Below, piece after piece: positions 35,427 to 48,881 of a stretch of DNA of 64,000 nt. The stretch spans positions 6,117,264 to 6,181,263 of the forward strand of contig CAVNZM010000006.1 in NCBI GenBank assembly GCA_963693365.1. Reading direction: 5' to 3'. The notes beneath the pieces were generated by a model. It ran no database searches and was not told the origin of the DNA. It saw only the letters and a program-made list of their open reading frames with translations. The translations under genes were made by a program, and so were the position numbers. How positions within the stretch are numbered: position 1 is the first letter of the stretch; every line of letters begins with the position of its first letter. Origin of the DNA: Amoebidium appalachense (Eukaryota > Protista > Ichthyosporea).

Positions 35427-36893
35427 ATGTCTAGCATTGATATCACCAAGCTCACCGGGCGCGATGAGGAGACACAAAAGCTCCGTATGGAGGCTCTGAA
35501 AGGGCGTAAACTCCTTTGGCTCACATGCACATACTCATCATGGGCCGGAGTCATTTCCACGCTCGGAGAAGTGATGCCCCTGGGCATTCTCCCTTACATG
35601 GTGTTTGCCGACCACAACAAGGGCCACGAGCTAGCCAAGCACTGCGAGGAGGCCGGTTACGTCAAGGACACAGCTGTCATCTTTGCCGACATGGACGATG
35701 AGGAAAAGGCCACGGACAACATCCTCACAGCCGCTAACGCTCTCGGTGTCGAGTTTGACGGTGTTTTCTCCCCCTACGAACACGCACAGACACTTGTCGG
35801 TGAGCTTTGTGAACGCATGAACCTTCCGGGTAACACAAAAGCCGCGTACGTTGCTGCCCGCAACAAGGCCGCGTCACGCGACGTCTGCCGCGCCGCTGGT
35901 GTCCCTACCCCTGGTGCCCTTCGCTTGAAAACTCAGGCAGATCTCGAACGGGTGGAGAGTGAGCTAGGGTACCCCATCGTGCTTAAGCCACAGAGCGGTG
36001 CCGGATCGGACGGTGTCTACAAATGCCACAATTACGAAGAACTGGCCGCGGCGTTTGCAAAGGCTGAAAAGTCCATGCAGGAGAGTCTCATTCTCAACTG
36101 GAACCCCGGGTGCGAGGAGGGGATCATTGCCGAGAACTACATCGACGGGGATGAGTTCGATGTCGATCTTCTTTTGTGGGATGGCGAGTTGGTTTATGGC
36201 AATGCCAACGACAACTGGCCCACGATGGAGCCCACGTTCCTCGAAACCGGTAGCAACTCCCCATCCACATACCCTGCCGACAAACAGAAGGAACTGGTGG
36301 ACTACGCCTACGCATGTGTTAAGGCCCTAGGTTTCAAGCAGGGGTGCTTCCATGTTGAGTGCAAGTACACAAAGGACACGCTTCTGCGCACCGTCGACGG
36401 CCGTCGCGAGGGTCAGCCCATGTTGATTGAGGTCAATCCTCGGCTGGGGGGCGGCCGCACCAACCTCCTTCACAAGGAGGTCTACGGGGTCAATCTTCAG
36501 GTGGAGTTTGTTCTTTCGGCCGCTGGAATTCCCATTAACCCACCGCGACATGAGACTCCCATTTGCGCCGTGGCCGATTACTTCTTCTGCGCGCCCAAGA
36601 CCGGCTACCTTGTCCACAAGCGTTTCCTGGAACACATCAAGGATAACCCCGATGTCATCTACTCGCACATCACAAAGGAGGCCGGTGACCAGGTGAAGGG
36701 TTACGACACGGGCATCCCTGAGTGGGTGGCCTTTTTGACCATTCGTAGGGACACTTTGGATGAGGCACTCGCGTCTCTCAATTCTATCATCGAATCCGTT
36801 AACATTCCAATTGTGGCTGATGCGAGCCAAACAGAGAAAGTGAGTGCGGCTGCCACCGTGAGCGCCGCTGCGCCTGCTCAAACAACTTTCTAA
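35427..36893 (+). CDS. ATP-grasp ligase, carnosine synthase (CARNS1 C-terminal domain) / L-amino-acid ligase-like, intronless, 488 aa
   Basis: Uninterrupted ORF with NKAASR..AAGVPTP, GYPIVLKPQSGAGSDGV, ENYIDGDEFDVD, DNWPT.EP.FLETG, FHVECK and LIEVNPRLGGG. Confidence 0.9.
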   Translation: MSSIDITKLTGRDEETQKLRMEALKGRKLLWLTCTYSSWAGVISTLGEVMPLGILPYMVFADHNKGHELAKHCEEAGYVKDTAVIFADMDDEEKATDNILTAANALGVEFDGVFSPYEHAQTLVGELCERMNLPGNTKAAYVAARNKAASRDVCRAAGVPTPGALRLKTQADLERVESELGYPIVLKPQSGAGSDGVYKCHNYEELAAAFAKAEKSMQESLILNWNPGCEEGIIAENYIDGDEFDVDLLLWDGELVYGNANDNWPTMEPTFLETGSNSPSTYPADKQKELVDYAYACVKALGFKQGCFHVECKYTKDTLLRTVDGRREGQPMLIEVNPRLGGGRTNLLHKEVYGVNLQVEFVLSAAGIPINPPRHETPICAVADYFFCAPKTGYLVHKRFLEHIKDNPDVIYSHITKEAGDQVKGYDTGIPEWVAFLTIRRDTLDEALASLNSIIESVNIPIVADASQTEKVSAAATVSAAAPAQTTF

Positions 36894-37349
36894 AAAGATT
36901 TTTAACGGTACTGTTAAGTTTTGTAATTCTGAAGAGTTCTTTCAGTTTTGAGATGCCATATATAGGGAGCACTGAAATTGCGACGAGGAGCCCTAGTATG
37001 TGCAAGATCGTTCTTTTCATGTTTTTTTACGCGCCAGAGTAGTTTCCCTTCTAAAAAGTTTTGTAAACCTGTAAGGACAATTTCTCGTTTTGATAACTCC
37101 ATTGTTTTGAGAGCACCTTTGTGGCTTCTCCTTTTGATAACTTCTTGTTTTGAGAACAACTTTGTGGTTTTGTAGTTCTAGTGCCGGGCACGAGCAATGT
37201 TGTCCGAGGGGAAAGGTACCACCAGGTCCAACGATGGAAGTTCGCAGGAACGTTCCATCGAACCAGTAAAAAATCATTCGCATTGAGCGATCATGCTATT
37301 CAACTTTCACAGCCTGTCCCCCCCCTCCCCCCCTCCCCCTCCCACACAC

Positions 37350-37460
37350 AAACACACGGATCCCACATGTACGGCATGCCAACCCTACACAAACACACGA
37401 ATCCCACACAGCATGCCAACCCTACAGAAACACACGGATCCCACACGGCATGCCACCCCT
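37350..37460. repeat. ~38-bp tandem repeat, three copies
   Basis: AACACACGGATCCCACA..GGCATGCCAACCCTAC repeated three times with substitutions. Confidence 0.7.
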
Positions 37461-38910
37461 TATATTCAACGCGACGCCTCGAAGTTATTGAACGACGATT
37501 GGGCAGTTGGGGGGGTACATCCACAGTCCAAGCAATACTCACAAATGCAGCACGGGCCCACCTTGTTATGATGAGAAGACAAGGAGGATGGTAGGCAAAA
37601 CATAAGACAAGGAGGATGGTAGCAAAACATCACAGATTTAGCCAAACCCCCTCCCCCCCCCCCCCCCCCCCTCCTTCCACACACGCAACACTGCCACCAC
37701 CACCACAATCACTTCCAATCAGACCACACAGTGCACAGACAGATTGGCACACGGCCTTCGGAAAAGACTTCCGAAGCGGGCAGCAATCGCACATCCGGTT
37801 GATCGATGATCAGAAGGCTCATTTGACAAAGAGAAGTGCAATTCAACCTACAAGTTGCTTTTGTTTACGTTTAAATTTGCTTTTGCGCACATCAGTAGAC
37901 GTTAAGTAGTCACTGATGTTCAGAGCATGCATGTAGCATGTGGCTTGAAAGGTGTAACATAAACTTCCCCGCTGTGTTTTTGGGTTTTCGTTTTGTCGTT
38001 TCAAAAAAAAGGCACTGGTCTGATGTGAGCATAGACCAATAAGCATGCAGCCCGCGCAATAATAGCCAATCACTCAAAAATTACCTTTTTTGGTAGCGCA
38101 AACCCACTACAGCGGCAAAACTTGAATATTTCGTAAATGTTTAGATCTTTTTAAACGAGGTAACTGTGTAATGTTAGAGTGATTTAAACTGAACAAAAGA
38201 ATAAAGCTTTATTGCATCAGGTATTTATTCTACCAGACGTTAACTGACACACCGCCAATCGTCTATTGGCTCCATTTTTAGGTCCCGAGTCAAAAACACA
38301 CCTCCGAATAATATGTAAATGACCATTATAACAAATGAATGAACTACAACATGCATAAAATAAAATATAATATTTTAATTATTACTCTAATAATATATTG
38401 TACATTGGTAAAGGTGGGTAAAGGTACAGCAAGCTCGCGACTGACCAAATATATAGTATGAAAATTACGCAGCTAGTCCATTCGCTCGTAATCACGCAGT
38501 TTAGTATCCGCACCACCGGGTGAACCTTGAAAAGCTTTCGGCAGCAGCAACAACTTCAAGTTGATCAAACCCACGCCGTTTGACACTTCGTTTGCAAGAC
38601 TTTCAGGTTTCTTCGGGTGACTCGACTCAATAGAAACCGGTACCGGTAAGGCTTTTCTCTGTTTATGTGTATATCCAATGTGGTTGTCTTGTTGGCATTT
38701 TTATATATCAGTGTTCCTCATCATCCTTCTAAGCTTCACATGGCATCCAATTCCTTACACATCACAGAACACAGATACACGGAGTTGTGCTCCCCTCTCC
38801 CACCCCTTCCCTCTCTCTCTCTCCCCCCCCCCCCCCCCCTCCCCCTCCCCATTCCCTCCCCTTTCCCCTACAGAATACATGCACACGATGTGCTTCCCCA
38901 CCCTCCCCTT

Positions 38911-38943
<33 letters not shown>

Positions 38944-39286
38944 AACACACACATACACGGAGTCCACAAACCATCACATCTTACACAAGACACAAAACAC
39001 ACGTACGATGTGCTTCCTCCCCCCCCCTCCCCCCCCCCCCCCTTCTCCCCCCCCCCAACTTCCCGGTCGGGCACACTCCAGACAGCTGTTGATCTAGCGA
39101 ATCGATGGTTTAGATGTTTGGTGTCTTTAACTTCAAACTCAGATGCATTCCAGACACCCAGGCACTATAGTACCACAAAACACACCTTCCTCCTTCTCTG
39201 CACAGATGCTCACCTGCGTGCACAAGCGCAAGTGTATTCTTGCACTCGCGCACAGACACACGCTTGCACGCACACGCACGCGCGCG

Positions 39287-39325
<39 letters not shown>

Positions 39326-39364
39326 ACCCTCACATTTTTTATTTGTGCAGGAGTGCAGCCAGCC

Positions 39365-40096
39365 ATGGGTCTACCTTCTCTCTCTGCGCGCACACTTGTG
39401 CGTGCAGCCCAGGCTGCCCCCAAAGGGGTCCTGGCCGTGGCGTTTACACGTGCCCACAGGTTGGTGCTTTCCGCATTCTCGAAGAAATTCTCTAAGGAAA
39501 TATAGAACAGATGAAAAGCTATAATATGGTGAAATCACACCCACCCACCTTCCTTCCCTCCTTCCTTCCCACCCTCCCACTCCCCCCCCCAAACTCTTCC
39601 TGTCTCTCTCTCTCCCTCTCTCCCCTCCCCCGCCCCCCTCTCTCTCTGTCTCGCGCTCTGTCTCATTGTTTTTCTCTCCCTCTCTCCCTCTCTCCCACGA
39701 TCCCGCCCCTCCCCCTTCCCCTCCTTCTCGGAAATGCCACTTCTCCTCGACAAACTGTCCCCGCATCGGCCTTTTACAAGGGGATGTTTGTTGTTGATGT
39801 GGGCTCTGTTGCATGCATATCTTGTCTTTCCTCTTTGAGTCTTTTGGAACACCCACCTAGCCTCCCCTCCCCCCCGCCCCTCCCCCCCCCCCCCTCCTCC
39901 CCCAATCCATTCCCTGTTTCCCCCCGTTTCGCCTCTTATCTTGACAGCCAACCCTACCGCTTTTATTCACCAATCCCCTACCTACCTAGTGGAGCTTGCG
40001 ACTAGGTGACTGAAATACGCACATACACACAAATAAAAAACACATGCACACACGCGCGCACATGCGCATGGCACCAATTATATATCTTTTCTCTCT

Positions 40097-40129
<33 letters not shown>

Positions 40130-40323
40130 TTCCCTTCATCTCTCCGCTATTGTCATTCTCGCCCGCTTAATCTCTCTTGAGCGCACACACACACACATTG
40201 ACATGAGCACTTATTCCCCGCCTTCCCCCACCCCCCACCCACACATACACCCCTACATACAAACACTTTTGCACACCAGTTCCCCCCCCCACTCCCCCTC
40301 CCCCCGTCCCTGTCCGCCCCGCC

Positions 40324-40379
<56 letters not shown>

Positions 40380-40555
40380 ACACGCACACACACACAGCAT
40401 CTGGTCCCACGTACCCCTCGGTCCCCCTGATGCCATTCTGGGCATCACCGAGGCCTATCTTAAGGACAAATCCCCGAATAAGATCAATCTTGGTGTGGGT
40501 GCATACCGTGACGACAACAACAAGCCAAAGGTCCTTAGCTGCATCAGAAAGGTAC

Positions 40556-40586
<31 letters not shown>

Positions 40587-41905
40587 ACTCCCCCTGGAGC
40601 CCCCCCCCCCCCCCCCCCCCCCCCCCGGCTTGTTGATCCAACCCAGCCTCCCTCCACCTCCCACCCCCACTCTCCTTGAGACCTCTTCCTCGTTCCTCAA
40701 AACTTATCCTAACCCCAACATACCACATCCCCCCTTCCCCCCCCCCCCCCCCCCTCCCCCTCTCCCACGCACCTTCCTCGTCCTCCCTCGCTCTCTTTCT
40801 CTTCCCCCCCCCCCCCCCCCCCCACCACCACCACCACCACCACCACAACTACCTCACCACCCTCACACCTACCCCTTTCCCCCCGGGGGTGGGGTCCGAC
40901 TTTCTTCTCTCTTCTCTCCTCTACTCCTTATTCCACGGTCTTACCAAATTTTGCTCGGAACAAAATCTCCCTGTCGACACTTGGAACAATTTCTCCCCCT
41001 CAACACTCTTAACGTAAGTAGTAAAGAAGGGAATCGGTACCTACAGATAGTATAATTTAGTGGGAATAAGTATAAGATAGTAGGAAAAGAATACTGGTAC
41101 TCTTATCTTTTGGCCTTTTTTCTTGTTTCCTGCATGACTTGTCGTTTTACTTCCAATACCAAAAACCACCAAAACCTTTATCTAGACTATTCTTGGCTCC
41201 CCCTCCTCCTTTTGGCTTCCGTTGCTTGGGGCATCCTCCCCCCCCCCCCCCCCCCCCCCTCCCCGCCTCCCGGCCCGCGTCCACCCCCACACCCGCCTGC
41301 TCGTCCAACCCCTCGACCCCTCTCTCCTTTCTTCTCCCTTGGCTGACGAAGAGTTTGTATGCGATGTAATGTTTTATGCCCCTTAGGCAGGCACACAAAC
41401 ACATACGGGCACACACCTTCACCCACAGACCCACACATACGTACACACTCCCTCCTCCCTCCCCCCCCCCCCCCCCCCCCCCACCCCCACCCCCTCCTCC
41501 TCCCTCTCTCCCTTTTTGTCTCTCTCTTTCCTCTCTTTTTGTTCCCCCCCCCCCCCCCCCCCCCCCCGGGCAACCCATATTCCTCTGGTTCCGGTCTCTT
41601 ACCTTCTCTTTCTCGCTCTCCTCTCATTCCCCACCGGCCCACCCACAAACCCACCCACCCGCACCCCCGCACACACACAGACACCTCCCCCCCCCCCCCC
41701 CCCCCCTTTTTGCCTTACTAATATTAACCCACCCCTCCACACTCACGCCCTTGCACACACACGTACACACACACACACACACACACAGGCGGAGCAGATG
41801 GTGCGTGAGCAGGATCTCAACAAGGAATATGCCCCCATTGGAGGTGACAAGGCCTTCCAGGACGCTGCTATCAAGTATTACACCCCCCCCCCCCCCCCCC
41901 CCCCA

Positions 41906-41943
<38 letters not shown>

Positions 41944-42553
41944 CAACAACAACAACAACAACAACAACGTCAGTGTATGTGTTGATAATAATAACGACAA
42001 CGATAAATGTATTGGTAGTAGCAGTATTAGTAATAATAGTAATAAAAGAACAAACTAATTTTTTGATATAGAATGAAGGAAAATGATGCTTATAAATGGA
42101 TGGAAAGCTGTGTGACACATATAATAAGGGAAAAAGCAATAAACAAATAAATGAAATCGAGTTGTTTTTAAGAAAAAGGGATGAAGTAAGTACAAAAGCA
42201 TTTTACATGTACATGATACTTTTGGTTGCCAAATGTATGTATACATGCCCCCCCCCCCCCCCCCCCTCCCCCCCCCCCGGGGACCCCCCTGCTTACATAA
42301 CCACCCACCCACTCACCTGCCTCCCTCGGTCTTTCGTTTCTTCCCTATCACGTTCACTCCCTTCTTTCTATTTCGTCTCTGTCGTCCCTTCTACTGACAC
42401 ATACTTCCCCTCTCGTCCTTAAAACACCACAATACCATCCCCCCCCCCCCCCCCCCCCCCCCTCCCCCCCCCCCCCCTCCCCCCCCCCCCCTCCCCCCTC
42501 CCCCCTCCCCCACCCACCCATCCGACCGTCGTTCCCACGTCCTGCACTATCAT

Positions 42554-42626
<73 letters not shown>

Positions 42627-43834
42627 CCCCCCCCCCCCCCCCCCCCCCTCTCTCTCCCCCTCCCCCCACCCCCTTCCCACACACACACACACACACACAG
42701 GCTAGCGCTCGGGGAGAACCACTCCGTGATCAAAGAAAAAGAGATATGCCACGGTGCAGTCTATCTCGGGCACAGGCGCTCTTCGTATCGCCGCCATTTT
42801 CCTCTACAAGTACTTCCCCTTCCCCCGTGGAGGTAGGTTTTAACCCCCCCCCCCCCCCTCCCCCCCTCCCCCTTCCCCTCCCCCCCCCCCCCCCCCCTTC
42901 TTCCCCCCTCTCCTCCTCTCCCTCTTCCCCTCCCCCTTCCCTCCCTCCCTCCCCCTTCCCTCCTCCCCTTCCTTCCCTCTTTTGTCCCATCCCCCCGGTG
43001 TGAATTGGATCTGCTTGTTATGCATACGCTTTATGTGTGCTTTGCATTCTGCCTTGTATTGTTCGGCATGTGTACGGCATCTGCATGTTCTTCGTGCGCT
43101 ATTAACTATACTACCCCCCCCCCCCCCCCCCCCCCTCCCCCCCCTTCTCCCTCCTCCCAAAAAAAAAAAAAGGAAAAAAAAAAAAGAAAAGAAAAACCAC
43201 CCCTTCAATTCCCCCACCCCGTGCGCCCTTTGTTTACTTGTTTGTTTTTGTTTGTTTGCAAAAACTGTAACGTCATGTCAACCATGAATGTGCACTTCAT
43301 ACTCTAACACATCCTAAGGGAAAGGGGGGGGGAGGGGGAGGGGAGGATAGGTTTGCTTCAGAGGTCACATGCTGACAAAACCGTTTTCTCCTCCCCCTCC
43401 CCTCCCCTCCCCCCCCCCCCCCCCCCCCATCTCCATCCCCGATTCTATTCCCCCCCCCCCCCCCCCCCCCCCCCTTCTCCCCGCCCCTATCCTCCGCCAC
43501 CCCTCCCACCCAACACACACACACACACACACCACCACCACCATCACCACCAACACGCACACACACACACACACACACAGAGCGGTTCATTTTCCTGCCC
43601 AACCCTACTTGGGGCAACCACAAGGCCATCTTCAAGGTAATGCAACCCCAATTGTCACCCCCTTCCCCCCCCCCCCAACCCCCGTCCACCCCAACACACA
43701 CACACACTCACTCACACACACACACACACACACACACCTTGAGGATGAACTCTGCTTGTACTCGTTATGTGTAGTTTGCACTCAGCGTTGTATTGTCCGT
43801 TATGGATTTGTACTTGTACTCTTAACACATTCCC

Positions 43835-43865
<31 letters not shown>

Positions 43866-46800
43866 AAAAAACAAAAAAAAACAAATGCATACTCTTTGTG
43901 TGCTTTGCAAAATCTTCATTATGTTGTCCGTCGTGTGTGTACCTGTGCTCTATTCACTCTACCCCCCCCCCCCCCCCCCCCCCCCCGGGACCCCTACTCC
44001 CTCCAATTTTGCAAACAAACGGGCACTTCGTACTGTGTGGCTCTTTTTAACCCCCTTGGTTTCGTCGACGAGGTGAATGGGTTGAAAGTTTGCTCTTTAT
44101 GTGTGGTTGGATTGTGTGTTCCATAACTTCCATTATAAATGTGTACTATGCATACTTCATACCCTATTTACACATTCTACACCCCCCCCCCCCCCTCCAT
44201 AACTCATTCTAACCCCCCCCCCCCCCCCCACCTTCCCCTACCCCCTTACTGCGTGTGTGATTATATACTTTGTGCTCTTCAGTTCATTCTAACAACAAAC
44301 CTTCCTCCCTCCCCTTCCCCCCCCCCCCCTCCCCCCCCCCCCCCCAATCAGGACACCAATACCGAACCTCGTGACTACACCTACTACAACCCTGAAACGT
44401 GCGCCCTCGACTTCGGCGGCTTTTTGGATGACATCAATGTAAAAACCTCTCCCCCCTCCCCTGCCTCCCTCCCCCCCCCCCCTCCCCCCCCACACACACG
44501 CACCCACACACACACCCACGCGCACACAAACAAACAAAGCAGAAAAAGGGTCGGAAATCACTGTTATGGCGCTGAGGGGTCGGGATACATTCCTTAGCAT
44601 GAGTGGAGGCGTAGGAATTTCCCTGAAGATGGGCTCTGTTCAAGTGAACTTTCCCAGCAAGATTAGTTTGCGTGTTTGGTACTTCTGTTGTTGTGGTCTT
44701 GAAAGTTCTTGGCTTCTATGTTTGCCACTCTCTAACGTTTTGTATTCGTCGTCTCCTAAACCCCCCCCCCTCCCCCCCCCCCTCCCCCCTCCCCTCAAAG
44801 CAAGCAAGAAAGGGAGGGGGGAAAGGGAAAAACGCCCACCCCCACACCCACTAAGCATTTTTTCTTTTACGCTTCAACCCCCTTTCTGTAACCTTTGATC
44901 TGTACTTCGGGATTAGAGAAAGGAAGAAATGAAGGGTTGGGAGGGGGGGGGGGGGGGGTTTCATCGAAGTCAGAATGCAATCGGCTCTTCGTGTCACCCT
45001 GAAAATAATTGGAAAGCACACACAAAAGCAAGCACTAACCCCATGCAACACGTCCACATACGCAAGCACACACACACACATATACAAGCACACACACTTG
45101 CACGGAATTGCACACACGCAAGCACACTCACCAGACATTCTAACCGATTCACGGCACAAACCCCCGTCCCCCTCCCCCCCCCCCCCCCCCCCCCGTGCAC
45201 CAAACATACACACATACACACACACACACGTACACACACACACACACACACAGCGCCTGCGTGACGGCAGTGCCGTTCTTCTGCATGCCTGCGCCCACAA
45301 CCCCACTGGTGTTGACATTTCGAAGGAACAGTGGGAGATTGTGGCTGACATTTTCAAGGTTTGGCCTTTAACCCCCCCCCCCCTCCCCCGCCCCCTCCTA
45401 CCGGACTCTCCCTCCCCCCTCGGACCCCCCCCCACACGCATGCCTCTTTATCTGTGAAATTCTGTCTTGTATGTTTGATTGGACAGGTGCACTGCACTTT
45501 ATCCTGAGTACTATACCCCCAACCCCCCATTCCCCCCCTCTCGGCGCCCCGCTCCGCCCCACCCTTGCTTATTTTCCTTTGTACCCCTCGTCATCCCCCC
45601 CCCCCCCCCCCTCCCCCCCCCTCTCCCTCCCCTCCCTCCAGCACACATACCTGATACATTCCTAGCACCCCCCCCCCTCTTTCGGTGTCTACCCACCTCA
45701 ATTTCACATGTTCACTTGCAATATTTTGCCGGTTTCCTTTAATAGTGTAGCGCTATGCACGCACTCCCCTTCCTTCCCCCCCCCCCACCACCACCACCAC
45801 CCCTTGCAAGTACACAGACAAATTACAAGATATACACATACGTGTAAACCACTCCCAGGGACTCAACAATCACACATATGCCACACACACACACACACAC
45901 ATCCTCACGGACACATTATGTACACACACCTGACTCTTGCACGTACATCCACACCCACGACAAAATGACACACACACACCACATTTACAGACACAAACTT
46001 TCGCGCACAAGTTGTACACACACACGCGTGTATGTTCCCATACGTACACCAGCACACGTGTACACACACACACACATACAAGACACATACACACACCCAT
46101 TCCCCCACCTCCAACACACATGCACATACAAACACTGACCCCCCCCCCCCCCCCCCCCCCCCCCCCAACACACACATGCGTACACATACACACACACACA
46201 CACACACACAGCAAAAGAGCCTCTTCCCCCTGTTCGATATGGCCTACCAAGGCTTTGCCAGTGGCGATATTGACCGTGACGCCTATGCCGTGCGCATGTT
46301 CTTAGACAAGGGCATCAACGTGGCCCTGTGCCAGTCCTTTGCTAAGAACATGGGCCTCTACGGTAAACTTCCTCCCCCCCCTCCCCCTCCCCCCGCTTTT
46401 ATTTATCTTTCATGGCTCGATTTCGGTTTTGTCAAGTTTTTTGTGACATTTTGTGTTTTGTCCTTTGTTGTCTCCTCTATTACCCCAACCCTCTCATGCA
46501 TACATACCCCCCCCCCCCCCCCCCCCTCTGCGTGGGTGAAACCCATTCTTTTGTGGAGGCACATAAGAAGCGGCTCTGTTCAAGTGTCTTCCGTCTGCAT
46601 TTTAAGGTTTATCTCTGGGGTTCTTATATGCATTCCCCCCCCCCCCCCCCCCCCCGTTTTTCTAATTCTTGTGCTTTTGTAACTTCTTGTGTCTGGGCTT
46701 GTGATGTCTCCACCTCCATGATTTCAACCCTCAGACAGTTTGCGGGTGTGTTCAGTCAAAAAAAATCCAATCCCGTGCTATCTTAAATCTCAAATTGAAA

Positions 46801-48168
46801 AATTTTAAACCAACAATATTTATATGTGTACGGAGGCAACCGTATGCATCTCTGCAATCTTTTAAACAAATCAATTATATCCAATGTGCCTGTAGGTAAG
46901 CATAAAAACATTCTTTCAGCTTGTAACTGTCAACCCAATCTCTAAATTATTCATATTAAATGCAATTATTTGCAGGTGAGCGTGTTGGTGCCGTGACTGT
47001 GACCGGATCGACCCCCGAGGAGGCCGAAGCCATCATGTCCCAGCTTAAGATCATCATCAGGCCCATGTACTCAAACCCCCCCATCCACGGTGCACGCCTG
47101 GCCACACTCGTCCTCACCACCCCCGAGCTCAGGTATGTCTGTGTGTGTGTGTATGTGTGTGTGCGCGCGCGCACGTTCGTCTTGCTTCCCCCTCTCACCC
47201 CCCCCCCCCCCCCCCCCCCTCCCTCTCTCTCCCTGCTTGTACCCATGCATGTCTTATGCGGTGTGTGTTCGTGCTTTTCCGGCTCGCCGCGCCCCCTCTT
47301 CCCCCTCCCCGTCCAAACACACACACCGAAAAAGAGCCCCGGGCTTTGTTGGGGGGGCGCGGGGGGGGGGGGGGGGGGGGGGGGGAAGAGAGAACAAACC
47401 CCAAAAGAAAGAAAGAAAGAGAACTGGAGGAGGGCAGCCACAGACACCTAAGCATGCATCCCCATTTGCCCCCAATTGAGCATCCATCAAACCCAATGAT
47501 TATGAATATAGCCATTACTTCTCATTGGCTTACTGATCAACTATCATTTTAATCGTAATCTCTTCTTCCCATTGATCATCTGCCGACTAAGACTGTGCTA
47601 TGCAATCCCCATTTTGCCCACTAATCAACTAATCTAACCACGCATTCTGATTGACCCACTGATCAACTGTCATATAAACCATAAATTCCCACTGGCTAAA
47701 TTGAACCACGCCTTCTCAACCCACTGACCTATTGTCCATTTAACGGCTGAGGGTTCAAACAGACAACGTATCCTGTCAGACAAGCATAATTTAGCCGGCG
47801 CCGGCTAAGATTGCCATGGAATGTGACGTTTACCGATTTACTACCATATTTAGTAATAAATCGGTGTGACGTCATTTATCATGGTGAATTTAGCCGGCGG
47901 CTGCTAATTCCTGGTAGTCTGACAGGATACGTAGTCTGTTTTGAAACTTTTCTCCTTAACGAGTCTCATTGGTTTACAAATCAACCGTCCATTTAACCAT
48001 GCATTCCCATCGGTTTTATCATGAACTCTCCATTTAACGATGTGTTCTCATTGGTTCACAGGCAGGAGTGGCTGTGTGAGGTTAAGGAGATGGCCGACCG
48101 TATCATTTCAATGCGCCATGCCCTTCAGGACGGTCTGAAGAGGGTATGTTACCCCCCCCCCCCCCCCA

Positions 48169-48201
<33 letters not shown>

Positions 48202-48347
48202 GCGCACGCACGCACGCACACCACACACCACATCTCACACCACTCAAATACAAACAACACAGACATAAAACATAAATACAAACAACACAACACGCACGCA
48301 CACCACACCACACGCCCGACCTACTGAAGGCTTTCAGATGAAGCAAT

Positions 48348-48383
<36 letters not shown>

Positions 48384-48562
48384 AAGCAATATCTGAGTTA
48401 GGTTTTCTGCTCGCTTATTTGTTTTTGCCAATCCTCGGAGTGTGGGCTCTACTTATGATGCATACGCTGTGTGTGTGTGATCTCTTTTTCTGCAAAAACC
48501 TGTATTCGTTCGCTCTAATGTGTACTTCGTATGATACGCCGTAAATTATTCTTAACATCCCC

Positions 48563-48600
<38 letters not shown>

Positions 48601-48627
48601 CGCCCCTCTCCCCCTTTTCCGCCGCCG

Positions 48628-48659
<32 letters not shown>

Positions 48660-48842
48660 CACGGGTCGACCAAGAACTGGAGCCACATCACCGACCAGAT
48701 CGGCATGTTCTGCTTCACAGGCATGACCCCCGCCCAGGTCAAGCGTCTGAGGGACGAATACTCAGGTACGGTGTCACATCCCCCCCCCCCCCTCCTCCTC
48801 CTCTCTCTCTCTCTCTCTCATTTCTCTCGCTCTCACTCTGTA

Positions 48843-48881
<39 letters not shown>

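Noticed and set aside
43738-43835. Intronic repeat family as box C/D snoRNA
   Set aside because: RUGAUGA and CUGA boxes are not conserved among copies, which are diverged and fragmentary.
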